Origin: Ferrimonas kyonanensis DSM 18153
Lineage (GTDB): Bacteria > Pseudomonadota > Gammaproteobacteria > Enterobacterales > Shewanellaceae
DNA length: 32,000 nt
Direction: 5' to 3'
Assembly (NCBI RefSeq): GCF_000425405.1
Contig: NZ_AUDJ01000029.1
Coordinates: forward strand, 14,000 to 45,999
Under the pieces are notes generated by a model. It saw only the letters and a program-made list of their open reading frames with translations. It was not told where the DNA came from and made no database searches. The number at the start of each line of letters is the position of its first letter. Positions within the stretch are counted from its first letter, which is position 1. Positions 6,204 through 15,458 of this stretch are shown here, in pieces. Position numbers and translations under genes: made by a program.

Positions 6204-8054
6204 ATGAGATTGATGAGTGGACTAGCTGCGCTGCTATATCTGTTGCCGTCGCTAGCATCCGACGTCACCATGGAGCTTGGTGAATTACATGCGCTGGCTG
6301 TTAATAAGCCGCTGTTTGACGGGAATTCTAAGCCGCTTTCGGTGATCAGGGGGACCGGGACAACTGAGCTCGGCTTTCCCATGGAGGGACCGCAGAATGC
6401 CGTGTTGACTTTGGATCCAACGGCCGACTTTCCCATCATTGTTGCTGGTGTTGAGATCCAGCCTGGCGAGACGGTTTCTCTGAAGGTGACGGTCGCTGAT
6501 CCTAAGCGTGGGTTTGAAGTGCCTGTATACCCAGGTGTTGAAGGTGTGCTTGGTTCGGCCCCATTTGTTATGACTATTGATCGGGTTTATGGACGAGGAT
6601 GCCCGGACAGCTATGAGTTTTCGGAAGAAAGCTGCACGCAATTCCGTACTATGGTTGTTGATTGGTACTGTCAAGACGCTAGCTATCAACTTAAAAGTAA
6701 TCAGGAGTGCCACAAGCCTCAGTATGAGTCGATGATCAAGAGTTGCCCAAGCGGTTTCTCTCTTGAATATTCGTCGAATACTTGCAGTAAATTTAAGCAG
6801 GTTGTGGCCAACAAAACCTGTGCTGCAGGTTTTGATTTGAACAGTAGCAGCTGCATCAAGTTATTGACCGCGAGCCTGCAGTTTACCTGTTCGTCTGGTT
6901 TACTACATGGTGAGCAATGTATTGGTACTACAGTAACCCCTGCAACAGCTTATTGTGCCAATGGATATGCGCAACGAAATGGCCGTTGCGAATTGATGTT
7001 AATTGAGGAGCCTATATACAGTTGCAGTGGAGGGACCTTAAGTGGTGGCCGTTGTATAACTCAATTAACGGAGCCGGCAACAAGTTCTTGCCCGGTTGGC
7101 TTCTATAGCTCGGGCTCGTCATGTAATAAGCAAACCACTATCGCTGCAACTGCGTTTTGTGAAGTTGGGACATTGTCCGGCGCCAGTTGTGTTTCAATTG
7201 CCTCTAAGCCAGCAAAATTGAATTTTGAGTATGGATGTCCTGATGGTGGTAGTCTCAAGCCTGGTAACGTCTGCTACCAACTATATTCTTCGCACAAAAG
7301 CATGGCTTTACCGGAAGGGAGTGGTTGGGATTGCACAAATGAGGATGTGATGCCAGGAGAGCCAGCGACTCTGATATGTGAGAGAACATATTCGGCTTCG
7401 ATGATGGGAACATCCTATTCCTGTGAAACGGGCTGGAGTGTAATTGGCTCGAACTGTCAAAAATCGACTAGTACAGCGGTGGCCTATTCTTGCACCAGTG
7501 GCTACACACTGTCTGGAAGCAACTGCTTGAGAAACACGACTACTGGTTTGGTGTACAGCTGCGCAAACGGGACACTTAGTGGCAATGTATGCTTGGTTAG
7601 CAATTCTAGTGATGCGGAAATGAGTTGTGCGTCTGGCTTTTCAATCAACGAGACCTCTTGTACCAAACTATTGCTCAAACCATATGATTACCAATGCAGC
7701 TCTGGCTGGGATCTGTCTGGCAGCTCTTGTTCACAGGCAACAAGCTCGGCAGCGACGCCTTTCTGTGAGCCTGATTATTCGATTAGTGCAGGCAAGTGCA
7801 TAAAGACACTGGTTACCAGCGTTGACTACGAGTGTGAACCCGGCTGGGTCTTATCTGGGAGTAAATGCAGCACAACATTGAAACAGGCTGCAATTCAGGA
7901 AGGGTGCCCGATTGGTTCTCAGCCTCATCAAGGGGATCAGTGCATAAATATGCTGATCGTTTCAGCCCTACCGCGTTGTGAATCGCCGTATCTCTTTGAT
8001 AGCGTCAATTTGCGCTGCGAGTACACAGACATTAAGCCGATAGGGTTTTATTGA
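6204..8054 (+). CDS. Secreted cysteine-rich repeat protein: a Cys-free N-terminal domain followed by 20 two-cysteine units
   Basis: ATG 6204 is preceded by ggaga and yields the Sec-type signal peptide MRLMSGLAALLYLLPSLASD. The 40 Cys occur strictly in pairs spaced 9-14 residues apart, with the modal unit C-x2-G-[FYW]-x-L-S-G-x2-C. Confidence 0.85.
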   Translation: MRLMSGLAALLYLLPSLASDVTMELGELHALAVNKPLFDGNSKPLSVIRGTGTTELGFPMEGPQNAVLTLDPTADFPIIVAGVEIQPGETVSLKVTVADPKRGFEVPVYPGVEGVLGSAPFVMTIDRVYGRGCPDSYEFSEESCTQFRTMVVDWYCQDASYQLKSNQECHKPQYESMIKSCPSGFSLEYSSNTCSKFKQVVANKTCAAGFDLNSSSCIKLLTASLQFTCSSGLLHGEQCIGTTVTPATAYCANGYAQRNGRCELMLIEEPIYSCSGGTLSGGRCITQLTEPATSSCPVGFYSSGSSCNKQTTIAATAFCEVGTLSGASCVSIASKPAKLNFEYGCPDGGSLKPGNVCYQLYSSHKSMALPEGSGWDCTNEDVMPGEPATLICERTYSASMMGTSYSCETGWSVIGSNCQKSTSTAVAYSCTSGYTLSGSNCLRNTTTGLVYSCANGTLSGNVCLVSNSSDAEMSCASGFSINETSCTKLLLKPYDYQCSSGWDLSGSSCSQATSSAATPFCEPDYSISAGKCIKTLVTSVDYECEPGWVLSGSKCSTTLKQAAIQEGCPIGSQPHQGDQCINMLIVSALPRCESPYLFDSVNLRCEYTDIKPIGFY

Positions 8055-8289
8055 GGCATAGTTATGTTTTACTGGACCGCAACAACCTTGATTTTTTGAG
8101 TTCAAAAACTACGAAATGGCGCACGGTTAATTCATGAAGTTTATCTATTCAAAGTTGCTGGCTTAAGGCCACATATTTTGGAGGAAATGGTCAGGTTGCA
8201 TTGATTTCTAACTGACGCCGACTAGGCGCTGTGATTCGTAATTTAAATGGTGTTAGCTCATGATTACTAGCACTATTCATGCGCTATGT

Positions 8290-8311
8290 CATTGAAAATT
8301 ATCTTTCAATG
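8290..8311. promoter_or_regulatory. Inverted repeat cattgaaa-N6-tttcaatg, upstream of the 8350 ORF
   Basis: A perfect 8-bp palindrome with arms 6 nt apart, about 40 bp upstream of the ATG, in AT-rich DNA. Confidence 0.3.
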
Positions 8312-8349
8312 TAATAGAAAGCATTCTTGAATTACAAATAGTTGTCCTT

Positions 8350-8970
8350 ATGAGTTCTTCTGATTCAGACATCAAAATCCGCATCGTCACCAGTGCTGTT
8401 CTGCACTATCGCATTTCACTTTTGGACGGCAGTACTGCCCCTGGGCGTACTGCTGGCAATCGGCACATCGTAAGCTGGCTTAAGCAAGCGCAGAAATCAC
8501 GTCGTTTTGGTCTCGCAGGCAAGGTGACGCTCGATGCGCTTTTGGCACATGCTGTTAAGAACCGGTTTATGGTTTCTTTGATAGACGAGCTAGAGGCTCT
8601 GGTGGTCCCGGGGCGTGCTAAGCCTGGCAACGGAGCTGAAAAGCCCGCTTTGCTGAGATTGAAGGAAGCAGGGGAGTCCTTGGTAGAGAGGGGCTATACG
8701 GTACAGATCCCGTTTGCACATGATTTTAAAACGGGTATGCCGGACCTGCCTGTCCCTTCGGCGCTGGTGCTGGCGGAGGATATGGTCTGTTTTGACGATA
8801 GTGGTGCTCTTACTGAAGAGATCTCGCTGGTTACAGTGACTGAGGGGGAGCCTGACGGGGTGATAGAACTGTTCCAGCAGTTCGGGTTGTCGCTGCAACA
8901 CAGAGCAGAGGCTAAGCCTCAGGGGTGTGTGCAAACCGAGTATAGATTGACGACCGCGAGTGAAGCCTGA
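8350..8970 (+). CDS. Hypothetical protein (206 aa)
   Basis: A long ORF followed by a hairpin terminator. No clear SD and no recognisable motif. Confidence 0.5.
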   Translation: MSSSDSDIKIRIVTSAVLHYRISLLDGSTAPGRTAGNRHIVSWLKQAQKSRRFGLAGKVTLDALLAHAVKNRFMVSLIDELEALVVPGRAKPGNGAEKPALLRLKEAGESLVERGYTVQIPFAHDFKTGMPDLPVPSALVLAEDMVCFDDSGALTEEISLVTVTEGEPDGVIELFQQFGLSLQHRAEAKPQGCVQTEYRLTTASEA

Positions 8971-8997
8971 AGCCGCTTTCTGATAAGTACGGACAAT

Positions 8998-9029
8998 GAA
9001 AAAGCCCAGTCTGCAAACTGGGCTTTTCA
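8998..9029. terminator. Bidirectional hairpin terminator between convergent genes
   Basis: The stem-loop is aaagcccagt-ctgcaa-actgggcttt. An A-run on one side and a T-run on the other flank it. It lies between stop 8970 (+) and stop 9052 (-). Confidence 0.75.
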
Positions 9030-9051
9030 TGTCTGATTGACTTCGACTCTG

Positions 9052-10443
9052 TTACAGGAAATCTTTCATTGATGGGATCTGCTTAGCTTCCTCCATCATC
9101 TCAGCGCAAGCTGCTTCGACAATCTCCTTACAAAGCTCGACGTGGGCCCTTTCCGCTTTAGTAAGCCCCATCTCCTCAACTTCCTTCAGAGCATATGGCA
9201 GAGCCTGAGTGATACGGTTTATCACATCCAGAGTTAGAAGCTGCATGCGTTCAAGACTGATACCCAGCGTGTTGGCAAAATCTGCCAGTGCAAAAGCGGT
9301 CATTGGGTCTTCAAAGTTGCCGGGGGTGCCAGCCTCGTACTCGCCAATAGACATGGCGTAGAAGCGAGGTGTGCTCTGATCCCTGCCCTGAGCGGACAAT
9401 GCCTCGGCATCTTGTCGTGCCTCTGCCTCACGATACAGTGCCTCGATGTTCACTAGGTCGTAGAAAGGGGTGAGCTGTAACCCTCTTCTACCCACAAAGA
9501 AGCTTATGTTCTTGCCATGAGCGTCGAAGTTGCGGTTTAAGACGTTGAAGACCACCCACTGAACCAGTTGGCGGTGATAAGTCAGTTGGTCATTGGTTTG
9601 GACTGCGGCCAGCTTCGGCAAGGAAACGCCATCCCTGTACATCCTGGCGTCTGGCCCGTCGCCGTTCTGTCGCTCGTACTTATATGCTGATGGAAGATTA
9701 GTGGCCTGGCAGCCATCAATAACGTGGCGCCTGGATACTCGATTTTCATCCAGCAAGTATCTGCGGTCAAAGCGATCGACAATCAGGGTGCGAACCCCAC
9801 CAAATGTAGTAATTCGGGTAGTGGCCACCTGATCAAGGGTGCGTCGGGCCAATGCCATTGTGAAGGCCTCATTGACCACAATATTTGGCACTCTTCCTGA
9901 TTCGAACTTGTAGATGGTGTTGGAGCAGAGCTCGCCCTCACCAAGCCCGAACTGGTCACCTATCTCCAGGATGTTGAGCTTATCCTGAACACCGGCCACC
10001 GACAGGCGGGTGCGGCCGTCCCAGTAAGTAATGAGCCCTGCATTCTGAAGGCGTTGCCCCATCTCCTCATCGGTGATGACCCGAAAAGAGGACGCCTCCT
10101 GCTGAAATCCGGGAGCCGTGAAAGAGAGAGCGCCGGCGGTCTCGGTGCCAATACGACCTACCAGCGCAAACACGTTGGCTCGGGCAATAGTGGTGTTTTC
10201 CAGTAGCTCATCCAGCCCCTTACCTTCCGGTATCAGGTTCTCCAGGAAGTTGCGGACGTTGCGAGGAGGGATGTCCTCGTTGAAGGGCAGGTGCGGTGAT
10301 ACCGGGTAACCATTTTCGAGCCAAGCAGGGTCATAAGTAAACTCAAACTCGCTAACACTGCCAACAGGCAGCGCAAGGATCCCAACTAGGTCTTTCTGAG
10401 CTAGTCGAACCTCAAGCAGCTGGCGGTCAGGTCCAGTCATCAT
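9052..10443 (-). CDS. hipA: Type II toxin HipA-family serine/threonine kinase
   Basis: The N-terminal HipA motif is LSVAGVQDKL. The catalytic-loop motif is FDAHGKNISF (D-x-H-x-K-N). The protein is 463 aa, and its 5' end overlaps hipB by 17 nt. Confidence 0.9.
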   Translation of the reverse strand: MMTGPDRQLLEVRLAQKDLVGILALPVGSVSEFEFTYDPAWLENGYPVSPHLPFNEDIPPRNVRNFLENLIPEGKGLDELLENTTIARANVFALVGRIGTETAGALSFTAPGFQQEASSFRVITDEEMGQRLQNAGLITYWDGRTRLSVAGVQDKLNILEIGDQFGLGEGELCSNTIYKFESGRVPNIVVNEAFTMALARRTLDQVATTRITTFGGVRTLIVDRFDRRYLLDENRVSRRHVIDGCQATNLPSAYKYERQNGDGPDARMYRDGVSLPKLAAVQTNDQLTYHRQLVQWVVFNVLNRNFDAHGKNISFFVGRRGLQLTPFYDLVNIEALYREAEARQDAEALSAQGRDQSTPRFYAMSIGEYEAGTPGNFEDPMTAFALADFANTLGISLERMQLLTLDVINRITQALPYALKEVEEMGLTKAERAHVELCKEIVEAACAEMMEEAKQIPSMKDFL

Positions 10444-10744
10444 CTACCTCCGGGTGAACATGAAAGGGTGACAAGGAACTTGGCTCATCGGTCCTTATCT
10501 GGAATGACAGGCCCAGGTACTCCATAACCTTGAGGACGTTGTTAAGGTTGACGCCGATATCGCCTTTCTCGATCTTCACCAGGGTACTCTTTGACATGCC
10601 AAGAGTATCCGCGACATCCGCCTGGCGCAGGTTAAGCGTGGTGCGCTTGGAGGTAATCGCTTTTGCCAGCTGCAGTGGCGTGAATGGGAGCCGCAGATCG
10701 GGCATGGCCACTGGTTGGACAGATTTCCCTTTTCTCATGTTCAT
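10427..10744 (-). CDS. hipB: HipB-type XRE-family HTH antitoxin
   Basis: FTPLQLAKAITSKRTTLNLRQADVADTLGMSKSTLVKIEKG aligns with the E. coli HipB HTH. The acidic tail ends in DDDWT, and E. coli HipB also has a near-terminal Trp. The start is ambiguous: ATG 10744, 10738 or 10705, none with a good SD. Confidence 0.85.
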   Translation of the reverse strand: MNMRKGKSVQPVAMPDLRLPFTPLQLAKAITSKRTTLNLRQADVADTLGMSKSTLVKIEKGDIGVNLNNVLKVMEYLGLSFQIRTDEPSSLSPFHVHPEVDDDWT

Positions 10745-10748
10745 AAGT

Positions 10749-10917
10749 CCAGAAAAATAGAATTATAAACCTAAGGTACCCCAAAACACCTCTTGAGACC
10801 AGAAAAATGAAATTGACAGCGATTTTCTCCGTTTGGCTTACTAAAAGTCCATAAAACTACACTTAAAAAAGTAAAGCTGCCAAAGGATTTCAAAAGGCCA
10901 TAAAAATAGAATTATGA
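10749..10917. promoter_or_regulatory. Four phased operator-like repeats upstream of hipBA
   Basis: CCAGAAAAATAGAATTATAA starts at 10749, CCAGAAAAATGAAATTGACA at 10799, CCATAAAACTACACTTAAAA at 10849 and CCATAAAAATAGAATTATGA at 10898. The spacings are 50, 50 and 49 bp. The best copy reads CATAA-N8-TTATG. Confidence 0.55.
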
Positions 10918-10924
10918 GAGCTTT

Positions 10925-11693
10925 ACCTTCTTGATGTAGATGTTGTAGCGGATTCCTAGGGACTGATTTCGGCTTTGGCGCAAGCCTGTTGAGCTGTATC
11001 GCCACAACCGCTACAAGCAACGGTGTTATGGACAGGATTTTTGTACTGATGGATGTGCTACTGAAGTCACAGACCTATAGCTGTATTGGCAAGCGAGCCA
11101 AGACCGTTGAAATCAAGTATCGATGCCTCCGCGTAGACCGGTAGCCAGTCTTGTCATTGATGCCACTGGGTTATGACGAGGGAGAATGGAAGATGTGTAA
11201 GCATGGCAAGGAGAAGCGGCATGTCTGGCGCATGCTTCACCTTGCTGTTGATGACCAAACTCACGAAATGAGTGCTGCGGAAGTGAGCCTTGAAAACGTG
11301 GTCGACAACGAGGCACTCCTAACACTGTTGAGCCCTCTAACGGCCAACTATGCGTCAGGCATCAACCGATGATGAATATGACAGCAAGGCGTGCCATAAA
11401 CTGACGAAACGGAGTGGCAAAAAGCCTTCCATCCCGCCACTTAAGATTGTCGGTTACTGGGCGGATGGCCACCCAAGAATTGAGGAGCAATGAATTGTAG
11501 CAGTGGAAACGGGACAATGACTACAGCGCCTAGTCGGAGAAGCGTTGGCTGGAGTCAAAGCGATGAAAAAAGTCATAGAAATGGGTATGCCTATTCGACT
11601 GCGAACTGCCCAGATAACGATTTCCCTTGAGGCAATTGCGTCTCAAGCCTGGGTTTGATCGAGAAGCTACCTAGCAACATTATCAACTTAACC
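10925..11693 (+). mobile_element. Decayed IS5-family (IS903-group-like) insertion sequence remnant: a 5'-truncated transposase pseudogene
   Basis: Translations in shifting frames match the IS903-type transposase as I recall it. Examples are RIFVLMDVLLKSQTYSCIGKRAKTV, LVIDATGL (frameshift) YDEGEWKMCKHGKEKRHVWRMLHLAVDDQTHE, then a stop and a further frameshift, then KKVIEMGMPIRLRTA. The possible right end ATTATCAACTTAACC at about 11679-11693 resembles the IS903 terminal repeat. About 55 N-terminal codons and the left inverted repeat are missing. Confidence 0.75.
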
Positions 11694-11915
11694 TATTACA
11701 AGACCAATTTGTTGTGGCGTTAAGGGCTTTAAAGAAAGCGTTTAATGGTTGTTTCGCCTGCCCAGAATCGCTCCTGTTGTCAATTTAATCGCGAGGACAT
11801 TTATAGTCATCTATCGCATTTTTTTCGTCAAATTTGACATGAAATCTCTTTTTTGTTGTTGTCTTCTTATGCTAAGTTTGGGGTCTTGTTATAAATTCGT
11901 TGGAGTTTATCTGTT

Positions 11916-13340
11916 ATGCGGTTAAATAGTTTTGTTGTTATATTGCTTTTGATGCTCTTTGCATTTCCATCGTTTTCTGCTCTTAAGCCACCACCGCCAC
12001 CTAAAAAGGAACCAAGTCCATATCACTGGGTTAATTGTGTTGATTTGGAGCCAGAGTTCTCTCCTTTAAAGGCAGAAAAATTTGATGTTCCCGCAAACTC
12101 AGAGTATACACGATGCTTTAGAATGACCGGACACAACGACTCTGTTGTTTTAATTACTCAACGCTTCTATTTGAATGATGTGGATAATATACAGGTTTTT
12201 GTTGCTAACGATAAAAACTCTCCATATGAAGCATACAGAAAAATAAACTTCAACAACGTTAATTCCGAAGTTATGAATGCTTCTAAAATAGCTGGAGGAG
12301 ATTCTGATGATGAGATTAGAGTTGTTGTGAAGTTCTCACCTCATTCCGCAGAGCGAGAGCTTGTCATATCATATGGGATGTCCACTGAAGGTACAGGGTT
12401 GTTAACTTTAGGAGTTGCTTCTAACGGAGGGGAACAAACTCAAGGTGATGAGTATAAAGGGCCGAGTACTTACCATATGGACTTTTCAAACCAGGATGGC
12501 ATACAATCAATAAACAGTGAGTTAGAACGATATGATATTTCTAGATACAATAGAAATAGTGAACAATTCGAGTGTTCTCCAGGAGAGGTTCCGCCGGAAG
12601 GAATTAGTGATAACGAGCCGTTGAACTCGGCATTGTTACCAGTGGAGGCGCACAATCTTAGTTTATATGTTGAAGATGATCTGGCTAGAAAGGTAATAGG
12701 AGAAGTGGTTGGATCTACCGAGGACCGCGCATTGAGAATGGCCGCTGCAACTACCGCATACATAAAGTCTAAGTCATACAATAAAAAGGAGCATAGATCA
12801 TTTTACCTTGGAGCCGCGGAAAAGGTGGCGGGTCATTTGTCTGTAAATTCAATGCTTGACTCTCTTTCTGGAGATGTTGATATAAATGCATATAATAATG
12901 GCGTAAGTTATGGATCCCGTTTCTTGAATGACCCCATACGATATGAGTACATCGATTCTTGCAGTAAGGAAAAAATCCATGATACAGGTGTTTGCATATC
13001 ACGTGAATTTAAATTCAGATTCACTGGCATGACTGCTAATCGATGGTATTATAGAAAGTTTCCATATTATTTTGGTGAGAGAGTTAACCTGCATGTTTCA
13101 GCTAATCTCTATAGTTTTCCTGATAGAATCAAAGCGGATTCACTAGGAGGAAGTGAAAGAAATATTACGGAGCTATATTATAGCCCAGGTTACATGAAAG
13201 GAATAGTTGCACACCTATTTTCAGTTTCCGACCATAGTGATAATAAACACGGACCAATACAGTTTTGGGCTATACCTATGAAGGGGGTTGGGGTTTCTGC
13301 CGCGGAAATATCTGTTAAGTGCACGCCGATAGAATGGTGA
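11916..13340 (+). CDS. Secreted protein of unknown function (474 aa), AT-rich
   Basis: The signal peptide is MRLNSFVVILLLMLFAFPSFSA, followed by a PPPPPKK stretch. The N-terminal roughly 130 aa look weakly like a PPC/pre-peptidase-type beta-sandwich. The gene is much more AT-rich than its flanks. Confidence 0.75.
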   Translation: MRLNSFVVILLLMLFAFPSFSALKPPPPPKKEPSPYHWVNCVDLEPEFSPLKAEKFDVPANSEYTRCFRMTGHNDSVVLITQRFYLNDVDNIQVFVANDKNSPYEAYRKINFNNVNSEVMNASKIAGGDSDDEIRVVVKFSPHSAERELVISYGMSTEGTGLLTLGVASNGGEQTQGDEYKGPSTYHMDFSNQDGIQSINSELERYDISRYNRNSEQFECSPGEVPPEGISDNEPLNSALLPVEAHNLSLYVEDDLARKVIGEVVGSTEDRALRMAAATTAYIKSKSYNKKEHRSFYLGAAEKVAGHLSVNSMLDSLSGDVDINAYNNGVSYGSRFLNDPIRYEYIDSCSKEKIHDTGVCISREFKFRFTGMTANRWYYRKFPYYFGERVNLHVSANLYSFPDRIKADSLGGSERNITELYYSPGYMKGIVAHLFSVSDHSDNKHGPIQFWAIPMKGVGVSAAEISVKCTPIEW

Positions 13341-13907
13341 TTAAAATATTTACCATTTGAATTTAAGTGTATCTGATTACGTTTTTTAACTTATTAATTC
13401 TTCTATTTAAGAGGGTTAGTTGCATTAAGCATATTTATGGTTCTTCACAAATTGGCGGGAGCAGGATACAAAAACGGCTGGAAACGTTATAGTTTCATTG
13501 TACAGCCAACCAGCCGTTTTTGATGTCGAAGCTTACCTTACCAATCCCCTTCTAGGACGGCTTTTAATTGTCCATACCGATGTTCACCAGCATAATTTTA
13601 CCATTTACTTGTCTTCCCACGACCATAGCAGGTGTCGCTTGCGCAACAGGTTTCTGTAATTCAAATGGCTAACAAGGATAAAAGAGCAAGGGGAGAAGCC
13701 AAAAAAACTAAAATGCGTAAGCGAAAGGAATTCGTTAATAGCTTAAGTGGAAAGCTTGAGCCCGTGCTCGATAATCCTCGATAGGGAGTTTATTCAGTAT
13801 TCTGGCTATGGCAGGGAATAGGTAAGCTGTGATTCATTTTTCGACCTGCCATCGGAGGCGTTTGTCACATAAGCGAGGATTTGTAGATGTAGTCCGTGAG
13901 TTAGCTG

Positions 13908-14248
13908 TTAAGGATTTTTAGAGATTATATTTCTTCTTTTTTTGTCAGTGACAAAGCCCTCTAGAACTGAGTACATATTAGGACATGTCTCGGAAATCAC
14001 CTTCAGTCCCTCAGAGCACTTAGGATTGCCCATCATGGCTGTGCCAACACCACAAGGGAGAATCGTATACTCTATGAAATTTCGATCTATCTTTCCTCTT
14101 GACCCATTAATACACTCTTCTTTGTAGTCATGTTTATTGAGTTCAATAGTCAGAATAGCTTCCTTGATGTGATTAATATTTACATCGGTTTCTTTTGCGC
14201 AGCCAGATATGACTATAGCGGAAAAGAGACCAAGGTTATAGTTTTCAT
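13908..14248 (-). pseudogene. Small lipoprotein gene disrupted by a 1-nt frameshift in the A4 run right after the ATG
   Basis: ATG at 14248 gives MKTITLVSFPL-stop. Shifting one base gives (MK)NYNLGLFSAIVISGCAKETDVN... and the frame stays open to the stop at 13908. That is a textbook lipoprotein signal with the lipobox ISGC. An A5 run instead of A4 would restore MKNYNLGLFSAIVISGC. Confidence 0.6.
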
Positions 14249-14438
14249 TATTATTTTTATTCTTTATGAAGTTACGCGTATTTTATCCGTTGGCAAAACC
14301 AAAGATAAACTTTGTATATGGCTAAGTAAAATTTTCGAATCTATCAATAAGTCAACATCTAATGCTTATTCATAAAAATCAATAATTAGAATATTTAAAT
14401 TGATTTTAATGTTGGTTGTTAAACTGACATCATTAATT

Positions 14439-15458
14439 TTAAATATGTAGCTTTCTTAAAGCATCGCGCATCTTTTGCTCATCGCGCTTATCATATCGCT
14501 GGGTTGTGCGAAGATCAGAATGTCCCAACAAACGCTGCACAATCAAAATGTCGACGCCGGCATTGAGTAAATTAGTGGCAAAAGTTCGTCGCAAATCGTG
14601 AGGAGAGAACTTCTGTGTTCCAGCAATTGCTTGCAAGTGCTCAAGCGCGTTACGCACTCCAGAGACACCCAGAGGAAGCGATTTTGGGTGTACCTGATTA
14701 TTCCTGTTGGTCCGATAAAACAGCGGCCCAGGCTGATCCCCGCGTAGTGCAAGGTACTTATGCAACGCCGCTAGGGCCCGGGGGCTAAGCTCTAACACTC
14801 GTTCTTTGTTACCCTTTCCTAGGATCCGCATGGTGCGCTCGTACTTATTGAAGCTGGCCATGGACAGGCCTACGGATTCCTCCCTGCGCAGCCCCAGATC
14901 GGTCATTAGCAGCACCAGTGCGGCGTCGCGGGCTGCTCGGAATGGGGGAAATCTCGCTGCTTGCTCCACAAGTAACTCTATTTCTTGGGGTGTGAGTTCA
15001 CGGCCAGCAGGCGCACGAGTGCCTTTTACTGGCTTCACTTCTTTAATGAGCATGTAGGTATGAGCATCGATAAGTTGCAGTCTAAAGCAATGAGAAAGCA
15101 CCCCTTTAATAGCCGCCAGGTAAAGATTGCTGGTGTTTGGTGCTAAGCTTTGAAGCATGTTTGATTCTTCGACACTTTCTTTGGACTGTGTCATAGAGCT
15201 CAGGGTAAATAAATGGTTTTTGAACTTATTAATGGTCAGGTAGGTTAATTTATGCCATGGAAATGTGAAAGGATCATTCCAGTCGAAGCGTCGGGCAACG
15301 TTACTTAGGACATATTCCATGCGAGATTTAGAATTGGCAGAAGGCAAGTCATCCAAGTAGGCTGTGACAGCCACACGGGTTAATTCATTGGTGTGATCGA
15401 CACCGTTTAAAATAATTTCTGAGTTGGGTTGTGCTGCTAGTACCAATTCGTTGCTCAT
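14439..15458 (-). CDS. Tyrosine recombinase / phage-type integrase
   Basis: The full catalytic set is present: GLRREE (Arg), GKGNKER (Lys), HDLRRTFA (His-x-x-Arg), LLGHSDLRTTQRY (His and Tyr). The SD is aggaac. Confidence 0.9.
   Translation of the reverse strand: MSNELVLAAQPNSEIILNGVDHTNELTRVAVTAYLDDLPSANSKSRMEYVLSNVARRFDWNDPFTFPWHKLTYLTINKFKNHLFTLSSMTQSKESVEESNMLQSLAPNTSNLYLAAIKGVLSHCFRLQLIDAHTYMLIKEVKPVKGTRAPAGRELTPQEIELLVEQAARFPPFRAARDAALVLLMTDLGLRREESVGLSMASFNKYERTMRILGKGNKERVLELSPRALAALHKYLALRGDQPGPLFYRTNRNNQVHPKSLPLGVSGVRNALEHLQAIAGTQKFSPHDLRRTFATNLLNAGVDILIVQRLLGHSDLRTTQRYDKRDEQKMRDALRKLHI

Noticed and set aside
11151-11372. The 73-aa ORF considered as an intact small gene.
   Set aside because: It is one frame-fragment of the IS903-like transposase. 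The homologous sequence continues in other frames on both sides.
13665-13784. A 39-aa highly basic ORF (MANKDKRARGEAKKTKMRKRKEF...).
   Set aside because: It has no SD and sits in AT-rich DNA, where such frames arise easily. I saw no supporting context.
14130-14375. An 81-aa plus-strand ORF in the AT-rich gap.
   Set aside because: It is antisense to the start of the frameshifted lipoprotein gene, has low-complexity I/F/K-rich content and has no SD.
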